Virus record (IMG/VR): IMGVR_UViG_2595698834_000001
Coordinates: 85,845-149,844 of that record
Source of the DNA: a virus
Taxonomy: Duplodnaviria; Caudoviricetes
Strand: one strand, 5' to 3'
Length of the DNA: 64,000 bases
A program made the position numbers and the translations under genes. Below the pieces are notes generated by a model. It worked only from the letters and a program-made list of their open reading frames with translations, was not told where the DNA came from and did not search any database. Positions 29,917-37,280 of this stretch are shown here, in pieces (position 1 is the first letter of the stretch; each line of letters starts with the position of its first letter).

Positions 29917-30708
29917 CTACTCCTCTCTTGATCTTAAAATTTGATCTACTTTCTTAATAGCTTCTGTTCTCGACATACCTTTTGCGAGCTGTAAGAAAAC
30001 AACAGCGCTTTCCGGGGATGTCCGTCCCATAGCATCTAGGTAACTACCAACATCTTTCCACATAGTCTCAAAGTCCTTTTTGTTTTCAAAATGCTTATAT
30101 GACTGAGCTAGGTTATGTATACTGCGCCCGAAAGACTCAACTCTAAGGGCAGCGGCGTCTACCTGTTTATCAGGGTTTATTTCGTACCCTGTTACAAAGC
30201 TCTTTGCGAAAGCTTCCCAACTAGTTTGAGGATTAGCCGGGTTTGTAGTGACAGCAACGTTCGTGATCATACACTCTCGAATAATTCGTCTGTCATGTTC
30301 ATCCCGCTTTTTAACGAATCCTTCAATAGAGAATCCTAGTGGGCGGTGAATACCGGACTTCTTAACTTCTTGAGCATGGTTCCACATTTCCGCTGCGTAC
30401 GGGTTTCCTTTATAGAGCTTTCCTTCTATATGAAGTCCAACGTCATCCACGTAGCAGTTTTCGGTAGGTACTCCGATGATGAAATCCTTACCTCTATGAT
30501 GCTCGTAGTTCAAGTAGCCTTGCTCTATAAAATAACTAATGGATAGTCCTTTAGGGTCAACTATGTCATCCTGTAAATCAAGATCAGGAGTAGTAGCGTA
30601 GCCTTTCAGGTACCATGATTTTTCTTGAGGGTTAGCGGAGTTTTTCTTGACCGTTTCTTCTAGGTCGATAGGAACAAAAACATCTACCTTTTTACTAAGA
30701 GCTTCCAA
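29917..30708 (-). CDS. Prohead protease
   Basis: GYATTPDLDLQDD, NYEH, GFSIEG, VAVTTNPAN motifs. Confidence 0.9.
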   Translation of the reverse strand: MEALSKKVDVFVPIDLEETVKKNSANPQEKSWYLKGYATTPDLDLQDDIVDPKGLSISYFIEQGYLNYEHHRGKDFIIGVPTENCYVDDVGLHIEGKLYKGNPYAAEMWNHAQEVKKSGIHRPLGFSIEGFVKKRDEHDRRIIRECMITNVAVTTNPANPQTSWEAFAKSFVTGYEINPDKQVDAAALRVESFGRSIHNLAQSYKHFENKKDFETMWKDVGSYLDAMGRTSPESAVVFLQLAKGMSRTEAIKKVDQILRSREE

Positions 30709-30824
30709 GGGCTTTCCTCCCTTCTATCATAACATAGTTTAATGTTTTACCCTTCGTTACATAAATGTTACTGTCCATAATATAGCAGATACACTATCTA
30801 GTTACGGAAAACAGAGACTGGGAG

Positions 30825-32483
30825 TTATGCTTCCCAGTCGTTTACTACATTTCCGTTATCATCTTTTCCGCCTTGCGGTGTTGAGTTTGTATTAGCCTGC
30901 TGTTTTGATTGACCATCTTTTCCTACGTTTTGGTTGAACGAGTCTTTACCATTAACATTGTCCATGTTTCCATCATAGCCTGTTTGCTGTGCTAAGAATT
31001 GATTGGCGTCCATTTGACGTTGGTACTCGACTTGTTCTTGCTGCATAATCTGACCTAGTCGCTGTACATGTACGCCTGCAAGTGTAACATCTCCGCCCTC
31101 AGTATCAGGGTATCCAAGCTCTTTACGAATATCATTGATTGTAAGACCGATCTTAGCTTTAGACTCTAGGATAGAGATGATTTCAGCCTCTGTCTTGGCA
31201 TCCCCGCCCACGAAGTTGAATACGTAGTCTCCACCAAACTGGGAAACGATATATTTGTTTACTGCGTCTTCGATAAACTTTAAAAGAGGTTCTAATCCTT
31301 TATCCTTAGAGTTTCGATACTTCTCTGCACTACTTCCTTCATTCAGCGTGTTACCCGAATGACCTGTTGCTCCTCCTCTATTCGGGAAGTTAATTTCTGA
31401 GGGGTCAATAGAATAAATGGAACAGATAACGTTGATCAAGTAGTTTAGCCACTTCTCGAACTCCATATCTTTCGACGACTGTGTCATGTTGACAAACTTA
31501 ACGTCTTCTGCTGTAATAACGGGTATCTTCCAAGCTCCGTTTATTCCACTGAACATTGAAGTCCATTCTCTTCTGAACGAGGTGAGCGCTTGGTTAGATT
31601 GTTCTTGTCCTGTTTTAATATGTAGCAGTCCTCGAGTTGTCCCGCCTTGAGCGAAGAACCTAGCGTTAAACACCTCGGTGTTGTCGTGATACTGTAAGTG
31701 GTTTAAAGCGATCTCTAGTTCAGGGTATCCGTACTTACCAACTGTTAGGTCTGTTCGAGGGTTACTTACTTCCCAAGCCATTTCTTTTGCCTTAAACTTA
31801 GCAACCACTTTGTCGTCTATGACTTGCACATATCGAACACCATCTTTGGCTTTTCGTTCCTTACCGTCTTCATCTACTGCGACATATACCGTAGAGGCGT
31901 CCACAGCTTTAAAGTTATGTAAATCACCAAGTTTGTCATATACTAGCTCGAAGTTTATCTTGTCATATGTAAGTCTGTCTCTAACGAGCTTCTTAACGAA
32001 TGATCTAAAGTTATCACGAGTGAAATCGTTATCTATTCGTCCAGTCTTCTCGATAAAGTTCTCAATTTCCTTAATCTTCTTCTTATTATGGTCATTAGGT
32101 TCTTGCAGAGGGTCTTTTAACCTAATCTCATACCCTACGCCTTTATCACTGTTACGAGCGGGTGTACAGAACATAGAAACTTGGTTTACCCTAGTTATGA
32201 TAATTGCGTTGAGGATGATATTCTTCCTCGACCATAGCTTGAGCATCTGAAGGAGGTTTTGCTTCCCGTGTATAGAAGGAGCTTCTTTGAAGTCCGGGTT
32301 CATTGACATACTACCAATGATCGGCTCCTCGTACGCCTTTGGCTTGTTTGACTTCGTATTCTTTCCTTTTTTTAGGATTGCATCTTCCTCTATCTGCTTG
32401 ATTCGGACAGCCATGTCATCGTTAATGTCTATAATATTGTCCTGCTGTTTTCTGCCTTTAAAAAATCCGTCTAGCAAACCCAT
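30825..32483 (-). CDS. Portal protein
   Basis: 552 aa; FFAQGGTTRGLL, GINGAWKIPV, KDMEFEKWLNYLIN. Confidence 0.93.
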   Translation of the reverse strand: MGLLDGFFKGRKQQDNIIDINDDMAVRIKQIEEDAILKKGKNTKSNKPKAYEEPIIGSMSMNPDFKEAPSIHGKQNLLQMLKLWSRKNIILNAIIITRVNQVSMFCTPARNSDKGVGYEIRLKDPLQEPNDHNKKKIKEIENFIEKTGRIDNDFTRDNFRSFVKKLVRDRLTYDKINFELVYDKLGDLHNFKAVDASTVYVAVDEDGKERKAKDGVRYVQVIDDKVVAKFKAKEMAWEVSNPRTDLTVGKYGYPELEIALNHLQYHDNTEVFNARFFAQGGTTRGLLHIKTGQEQSNQALTSFRREWTSMFSGINGAWKIPVITAEDVKFVNMTQSSKDMEFEKWLNYLINVICSIYSIDPSEINFPNRGGATGHSGNTLNEGSSAEKYRNSKDKGLEPLLKFIEDAVNKYIVSQFGGDYVFNFVGGDAKTEAEIISILESKAKIGLTINDIRKELGYPDTEGGDVTLAGVHVQRLGQIMQQEQVEYQRQMDANQFLAQQTGYDGNMDNVNGKDSFNQNVGKDGQSKQQANTNSTPQGGKDDNGNVVNDWEA

Positions 32484-32507
32484 GCGTTTATCACATCCAA
32501 TCTTCCT

Positions 32508-32771
32508 TTACTTGTACTTGTGTTTAAAAACTTTGCGACTGCTTAGAACTGTTTGATAGTCCTTTTCTACATCCTCTCCGTCCGAGTCTGTAAGTAGTAC
32601 TGTATTGTCATTAAGAGCTGTTTGTATCTCAAACATCTCTCCGTTTAATACTGCGTAAACAGTAACATCTTCGCCTTGAATATGATGATAGTAGGATACT
32701 ACTTCAATCCAGTCAAGGTGACCTACAGCCCGTTTAGCTTCCATCCATTTTTTATCTTGGCTAAATTTCAT
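32508..32771 (-). CDS. Conserved hypothetical protein upstream of portal
   Basis: Start re-assigned to ATG 32771 (MKFSQDKKW) after AGGAGG. Confidence 0.65.
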   Translation of the reverse strand: MKFSQDKKWMEAKRAVGHLDWIEVVSYYHHIQGEDVTVYAVLNGEMFEIQTALNDNTVLLTDSDGEDVEKDYQTVLSSRKVFKHKYK

Positions 32772-32868
32772 AACATCCTCCTTAATATAATATAAGACTA
32801 AGGTGCCTCTATTTACAATTATATCATACACAGGTACTTACGCTTGCTTACCTTAAAAAGAGAATAGA

Positions 32869-32894
32869 AAAACCACACCATAGGGGTGTGGTTT
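32869..32894 (-). terminator. Terminator closing the tRNA-Met operon
   Basis: AAACCACACC...GGTGTGGTTT hairpin plus T-run. Confidence 0.65.
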
Positions 32895-32904
32895 GTAGTA
32901 GTTA

Positions 32905-33027
32905 TTAACTTCGGCTAGCTACAGCGTGCTTATCTAAGTCCCACGCACCTGTCATATGGAAACCTGCTTGTTTAAATCCTAGTCCCATTCCTCCCGCACC
33001 ACAAAAGAAATCATTTACTTTAAGCAT
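32905..33027 (-). pseudogene. Truncated C5-cytosine DNA methyltransferase (motif I only, 40 aa)
   Basis: GAGGT RBS then MLKVNDFFCGAGGMGLGFKQAGFHMTGAWDLDKHAVASRS*; FxGxGG SAM-binding motif I, then an immediate stop and terminator. Confidence 0.8.
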
Positions 33028-33045
33028 CCAGTTACCTCTATTTTG

Positions 33046-33420
33046 TCATTCACTTGGAAGTCTCCCTTCCTCAAACAGCATTTTAGCTGCACTATTGCCT
33101 AGCTCATACGCCGACACTCGCAAGTCCAATTCAGTCGTACGGCTAGCTTGGTCTGCTGCCGATTGGTCATAAAAGAGTGCAGACCGCCCATAGTCTAAAA
33201 TTGACGATCCTTTATACCCTCCAATAACAAAACCGAACATTTCACAGGCTTCTATAACTGCTTCACTGTTATTTTCTTGTTCATTCTTAAGCTTTGCTAA
33301 ACTTGCTGCTGTTTCTTCCAGTTCCTTCTCGAGTCTAGCAATGTCACGATCTAGCTGACCTTCTCTGACGTTGTGAATGTGCTTCATGGTTTTAAATACC
33401 GTATCTTTCAGATAGTCCAT
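33046..33420 (-). CDS. Hypothetical coiled-coil protein
   Basis: 124 aa with AAGGAGG RBS. Confidence 0.65.
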   Translation of the reverse strand: MDYLKDTVFKTMKHIHNVREGQLDRDIARLEKELEETAASLAKLKNEQENNSEAVIEACEMFGFVIGGYKGSSILDYGRSALFYDQSAADQASRTTELDLRVSAYELGNSAAKMLFEEGRLPSE

Positions 33421-33442
33421 TTCGTATTCCTCCTTTTTTTGA

Positions 33443-33515
33443 TGGGTCCCAAGGGATTCGAACCCCCTCTCTTACCAGTTATGAGCTGGCAGCTTTACCA
33501 CTAAGCTAGAGACCC
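33443..33515 (-). tRNA. tRNA-Met(CAT) (elongator Met or Ile2; CCA not encoded)
   Basis: GGGTCTC..GCCAG-CTCATAA-CTGGT..GGTTCGAATCC..GGGACCC-A cloverleaf. Confidence 0.9.
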
Positions 33516-33688
33516 ATAAGTTAGTGTAGGGTCAAACCGGCAACCACCCTACCTGTATTCAGCTCTCTTACCTGAGACCCGAGGGTACCACTCGGCAGGT
33601 AAAATTACCTCTACGGTTTTATTTCATTCGGTTTTTAAAAGTACTCTCGGGGGTCCGCATTGGCAAGAGGCGTGAGAGCTTCTATGAC

Positions 33689-33960
33689 GTAGAAGAGGAA
33701 GAAAAAATTCATTATATCTTGTAGTTGCTACATTCCATAGCCCAACGTGCGGTGAACCGGATTATTTGTACGTCGTCCGTCGTTAATCGTATACCCGTTT
33801 CCCATTGTCACCAATATTGGATTGTTAGTAATGTCCCTATTTGAAAGGTTAAATAGTTGAGATATGCTCTCAACAAAAGCAGGTTTTCCTCTTCTACTGC
33901 TGGTTTGCACCAGCTATCAAGGTAGAGATTGTCTACCCTCATAGCTAAGGCAAATGCCTA
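33689..33960 (-). ncRNA. Unassigned structured non-coding RNA downstream of the DUF6847-like gene
   Basis: 12-bp long-range helix (33886-33897 with 33689-33700), GCAA-tetraloop hairpin, several internal hairpins, no credible ORF. Confidence 0.55.
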
Positions 33961-33965
33961 GCTGC

Positions 33966-34487
33966 TTACATGTACTTATCAGCGTTTCCAAAAGAGATGT
34001 AGTGAGTATGGTTTGCTCTTTCAATGGCGTTAGAAAGTGAGTTAGCAAACTTCTCTAGTTCCTCTCCTTGAGATTTGAGCGACTTAGGATCGAACTGGGC
34101 GTACTTGTATTCTACTTCTGAGGAGTTGTAACTTGGTAAACGTTCAGTTTTCTTAGCTTGACCATAACGTTTCAGAAGAGAAGCTTCTGCTCTCAGTTGC
34201 TTAGCTAACTCCAAAGCTTCAACAATTGTGTAAACTGTACCTGTTGCAGTTTCGACAGTCGATCCTGAATTGGCTGCTGCGATCTTTAAAGAGATTTTTC
34301 TGTAGTCATTCCGAACATTATTTAGCTCTTCTGTGACTTCTTCGAATGTTCTCTCAGGTTTTTCGTACTCTTCACCTTTCTGAGCTGTTACGAATGCGAT
34401 ATCTTCACGTTCACGTACCAGTTCATGAAGTTTACGAGAGATGGCATTCTTTAATGGTAATGCCTCAAACAAATAAACTTTTGTCAT
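33966..34487 (-). CDS. DUF6847/DIP1984-like coiled-coil protein
   Basis: LFEAL..K..I.RKLHEL...KIAAAN...TIVEALEL...LSNAIERAN pattern; own sigma-A promoter. Confidence 0.55.
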   Translation of the reverse strand: MTKVYLFEALPLKNAISRKLHELVREREDIAFVTAQKGEEYEKPERTFEEVTEELNNVRNDYRKISLKIAAANSGSTVETATGTVYTIVEALELAKQLRAEASLLKRYGQAKKTERLPSYNSSEVEYKYAQFDPKSLKSQGEELEKFANSLSNAIERANHTHYISFGNADKYM

Positions 34488-34520
34488 ATTTATCGTCTCC
34501 TTTAATTTGACTGTAACTAC

Positions 34521-34550
34521 ACTATAGCATATAGCATGTTATACTGTCAA
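34521..34550 (-). promoter_or_regulatory. Sigma-A promoter (extended -10)
   Basis: TTGACA-18nt-TATAGT with TG; shares a 17-mer with the promoter at 34903-34932. Confidence 0.7.
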
Positions 34551-34559
34551 CAGTTTTTT

Positions 34560-34856
34560 CTATACTCTGTAAATAATATCTCTTCGTTTAACTTCTTCAC
34601 CGCTGTTAACTCTTTTAATGAGTTTTTCGTACTTTCTAACTTTTTCTTCATATGCCTTAATCCTCTGTCTCAGCTCTCCGTCTAGGTATTCTATTAGTCT
34701 TTGTGCACCAATCTCAGAAATACCTCTCTTTGTCACATCTCTTAAAATCTCCGATTCTGCTATCTTGCACTTTTCTAGTTGATACTGAGCTATTTCTAAA
34801 ATTTCCTGAAGACTTTCGATAGACACGACTGTGCCTAATAAATCATAGTTAGCCAT
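34560..34856 (-). CDS. Hypothetical coiled-coil protein
   Basis: 98 aa with AGGAG RBS and own promoter (TTTACA-18-TATAGT). Confidence 0.65.
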   Translation of the reverse strand: MANYDLLGTVVSIESLQEILEIAQYQLEKCKIAESEILRDVTKRGISEIGAQRLIEYLDGELRQRIKAYEEKVRKYEKLIKRVNSGEEVKRRDIIYRV

Positions 34857-35059
34857 GGTTAACCATCTCCTGCCGTTTTATCAGTATGTTTACTGTAACT
34901 ACACTATATCATACAACATCTTACATTGTAAACACTATTTATATAAAATAAAAAGGGTCAGACGCATCCGACCCTAGTAAGTATATGCCGAAGCAATATA
35001 CCGCAATTAATTTTATTATATCATATTAAACCACTAGGATATACTCTCCATGGTATTAC

Positions 35060-35131
35060 TGGTTGGTCTAAGGGAGTTGAACCCGTACCTGTCTGGCGAA
35101 AACAGACTGTTCTATCATTAAACTAAGACCA
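35060..35131 (-). tRNA. Degenerate tRNA-Glu(TTC)-like gene (6-bp acceptor stem, encoded CCA)
   Basis: TGGTCT-TA-GTTT..GAAC-A-GTCTG-TTTTCGC-CAGAC..GGG-TTCAACT-CCC..AGACCA-A-CCA. Confidence 0.55.
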
Positions 35132-35138
35132 CACGAAA

Positions 35139-35209
35139 ACTGCCTAGAGAGGAGTTGAACCTCTCTTATGGGGGTGTTTGAGCCACCAAACTAACCGTAG
35201 ATAGGCAGT
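35139..35209 (-). ncRNA. tRNA-like element (intact T-arm and closing stem, aberrant D and anticodon arms)
   Basis: ACTGCCTA...GAGAGG-TTCAACT-CCTCTC-TAGGCAGT. Confidence 0.45.
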
Positions 35210-35657
35210 AATATAATTATACAAGTATAAGCGTGCCATAAGGAGATCGTTCTTAAGTTAACCCTTCCGTCTCTTCTACGGGTAGTCACCCTCGTAGATT
35301 CTGTGCAGAGTACGAAGCTTAAGATCAAAAAAAAACACTCTTCGGTAGCAGAACCTTGACGGGGGATCAGCCCGCTGCACTGATCAGGTGCTTAATAGCT
35401 CTGCTACCTATAGAGTATGATTCTCAGTAAAGAAACCGATTAAGACCACTGAGAACGAGGTCGCTTCGCTTGGCAGAACCACTCAAACCCAAGCTAGACT
35501 CCCCTGTCTTATTTTATATACCTCTTTATCACAGGTGGTTAGATATGTGGAGGCGGTAAAAGTTGCCCCGTCTAAGCCGCAGGGGATGACATTTGCAATA
35601 TTATCTAGTCCCAATGCAACGGAACAACCTAATTGCGCTGGTCTATTAACGTGACAA

Positions 35658-36059
35658 CTACCGTCTCAGGAGTTGTACATCCATTTTTTCTACAATCTCT
35701 CCGTCTTTTAGTAGGTAGTAGTGGTTAACTAGAGCTTGCTGGTTGTTATCCGGTAACGTGTATACGCTAACTGTTCTGTTTCTAACAGTCAGTGTGTTTG
35801 GTAAAGTTGTTTCAAAGACCTTATGATCATCGGTTACTTCTAAGATGTCATTAGATGGGTTGTTAGCCCAGTGGTTAGTAGTCTCACTGAACGGATTCTC
35901 CTCAGTACCTCTAAATCTGTAGAGGACGTGTGGGCAGCTATACATTTCTACGTACTCAGTTAAACTACCTTTGTTGAACTTATAAGTCACTTCTAAAGAG
36001 ATACCTACAGTCGGGTTACTGCTTCCCTCGGGGCTCTCTTCAACAATTTTTTCGTTAAT
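35658..36059 (-). CDS. Hypothetical protein (probable ATT start at 36059; GTG alternative at 35990)
   Basis: AAGGAGG RBS 9 nt upstream of an in-frame ATT; no ATG/GTG/TTG between the upstream stop and 35990. Confidence 0.55.
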   Translation of the reverse strand: MNEKIVEESPEGSSNPTVGISLEVTYKFNKGSLTEYVEMYSCPHVLYRFRGTEENPFSETTNHWANNPSNDILEVTDDHKVFETTLPNTLTVRNRTVSVYTLPDNNQQALVNHYYLLKDGEIVEKMDVQLLRR

Positions 36060-36208
36060 GCTACTTCGCCTCCTTGTTCAAAACCTAACCTCCTAGGCAG
36101 GGATGTGAGTCTAAGGTGAAAATATAGTCAGGTGTGAGATAGTATACTAGAGGTAATCACACCAATTACCTCTGAGCAGGTTGCATTTAATGACTGTTTC
36201 CTAGTCTA

Positions 36209-36281
36209 TGGACTGAGAAGGGTTCGAACCTCCGACACAGGGATTTTCAGCCCCCTGCTCTACCGACTGAGCTACCAGTCC
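36209..36281 (-). tRNA. tRNA-Phe(GAA)
   Basis: GGACTGG-TA-GCTC-AGTCGGTA-GAGC-A-GGGGG-CTGAAAA-TCCCT..GGAGG-TTCGAAC-CCTTC-TCAGTCC-A. Confidence 0.92.
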
Positions 36282-36403
36282 AAGGTGTCTCACCTCTCGT
36301 AAGGGTATGAGGTTGAGCGGTGATAGAGTCACCTCCATAGGATTACGGGAGCATTCACTGGAGCCCCCTTGCATATAGAAGTGGCTAGCTAGCCCATTTA
36401 AGG

Positions 36404-36470
36404 ACGATCTGAGAGGAGTCGAACATCTTTACCTGCCGCAGCACTGCTTTTACCAATAAGCTACAGACCG
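36404..36470 (-). pseudogene. tRNA-like gene with collapsed anticodon arm
   Basis: CGGTCTG-TA-GCTT-ATTGGTAA-AAGC (normal acceptor and D arms), TGC-TGCG-GCA mini-hairpin, TTCGACT T-loop, CAGATCG. Confidence 0.55.
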
Positions 36471-36630
36471 ATATAAAAAAGTACACGAGCGTTTATACAG
36501 AGTGTATAAGTGAGCTCGCATACGAAGTGGGGTCGGGGGAGGTGACCCCTATCTACATCTTTCTCGCCTGAGACGTAGATGGTCGAAAATAAGGTAATTA
36601 CACAAGTTAAGGTACTTTTTAAGGTACCAA

Positions 36631-36702
36631 CTGTCGTAGTAGGACTCGAACCTACAACTTCTTGATTAACAGTCAAGCACTCTACCATTGAGTTATACGA
36701 CA
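36631..36702 (-). tRNA. tRNA-Asn(GTT)
   Basis: TGTCGTA-TA-ACTC-AATGGTA-GAGT-G-CTTGA-CTGTTAA-TCAAG..GTAGG-TTCGAGT-CCTAC-TACGACA-G. Confidence 0.92.
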
Positions 36703-37280
36703 AGGTTCAGGGTATGTAAGGGAGTACACGGTGGTGGTTGTATAAACTCCCTGTTACCCTGAGTGTATTTCTGTCTTAAGAGTTTAGAACCTACGACAAA
36801 TTTCACATAGTTGTGTTAAATAAAGGAGGAATAACCAACGTATGTTTAAGATACAAGATTCACCGCCTCGTGGCTGATGTCCAGTGAATCTTTATCTATA
36901 TACATTATAACATACTCTGATGTTATAGGGAGCCCTTTATTCGAATTTTCTTTAAAAAAGTTTAGTAGAGAAGAGTTAACCTCTCTACTATAGGAGAAGA
37001 GAAGAGGAAGAACACGGTGGATGTTTGTCCTGCGCCTTCAACCTATAACTACTATAACATAATTTTCTGAAGGTTGCAACATCTTCTGTGATTTTTTCGG
37101 CGGCGCTTTTTTGTCTATTTTTTTTTGACGTCGATCATAATATAAATATTATATAAAAGTATATAGATAAGTGTATAAATAAATATATAAAGTATTTAAA
37201 TATATAATACAGAGCACTTAAAATTAAAATAGGACACGAATATATTAAAAGGAGTCAGAAACCCTTATGTACCAAGGGAA

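Noticed and set aside
29421-29931. Phe-rich and Ser-rich plus-strand ORFs
   Set aside because: Antisense shadows of the Glu/Lys-rich scaffold-like gene
33728-33910. 60-aa ORF
   Set aside because: No RBS; lies inside the structured RNA domain
33899-33914. GCUGGUGCAAACCAGC resembles the twister-sister ribozyme P4 hairpin
   Set aside because: The loop lacks the UGCAAG consensus and the other conserved elements were not found; better explained as a GNRA tetraloop
35139-35209. Functional selenocysteine/opal suppressor tRNA
   Set aside because: No U33, no long variable arm and an aberrant D arm; TGA is used as a normal stop in this window
35540-35660. Possible tmRNA 3' end (..CCGCCUCCACA)
   Set aside because: No T-loop, no matching 5' acceptor strand and no tag ORF identified
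36461-36703. 80-aa ORF
   Set aside because: Overlaps tRNA-Asn and a structured RNA
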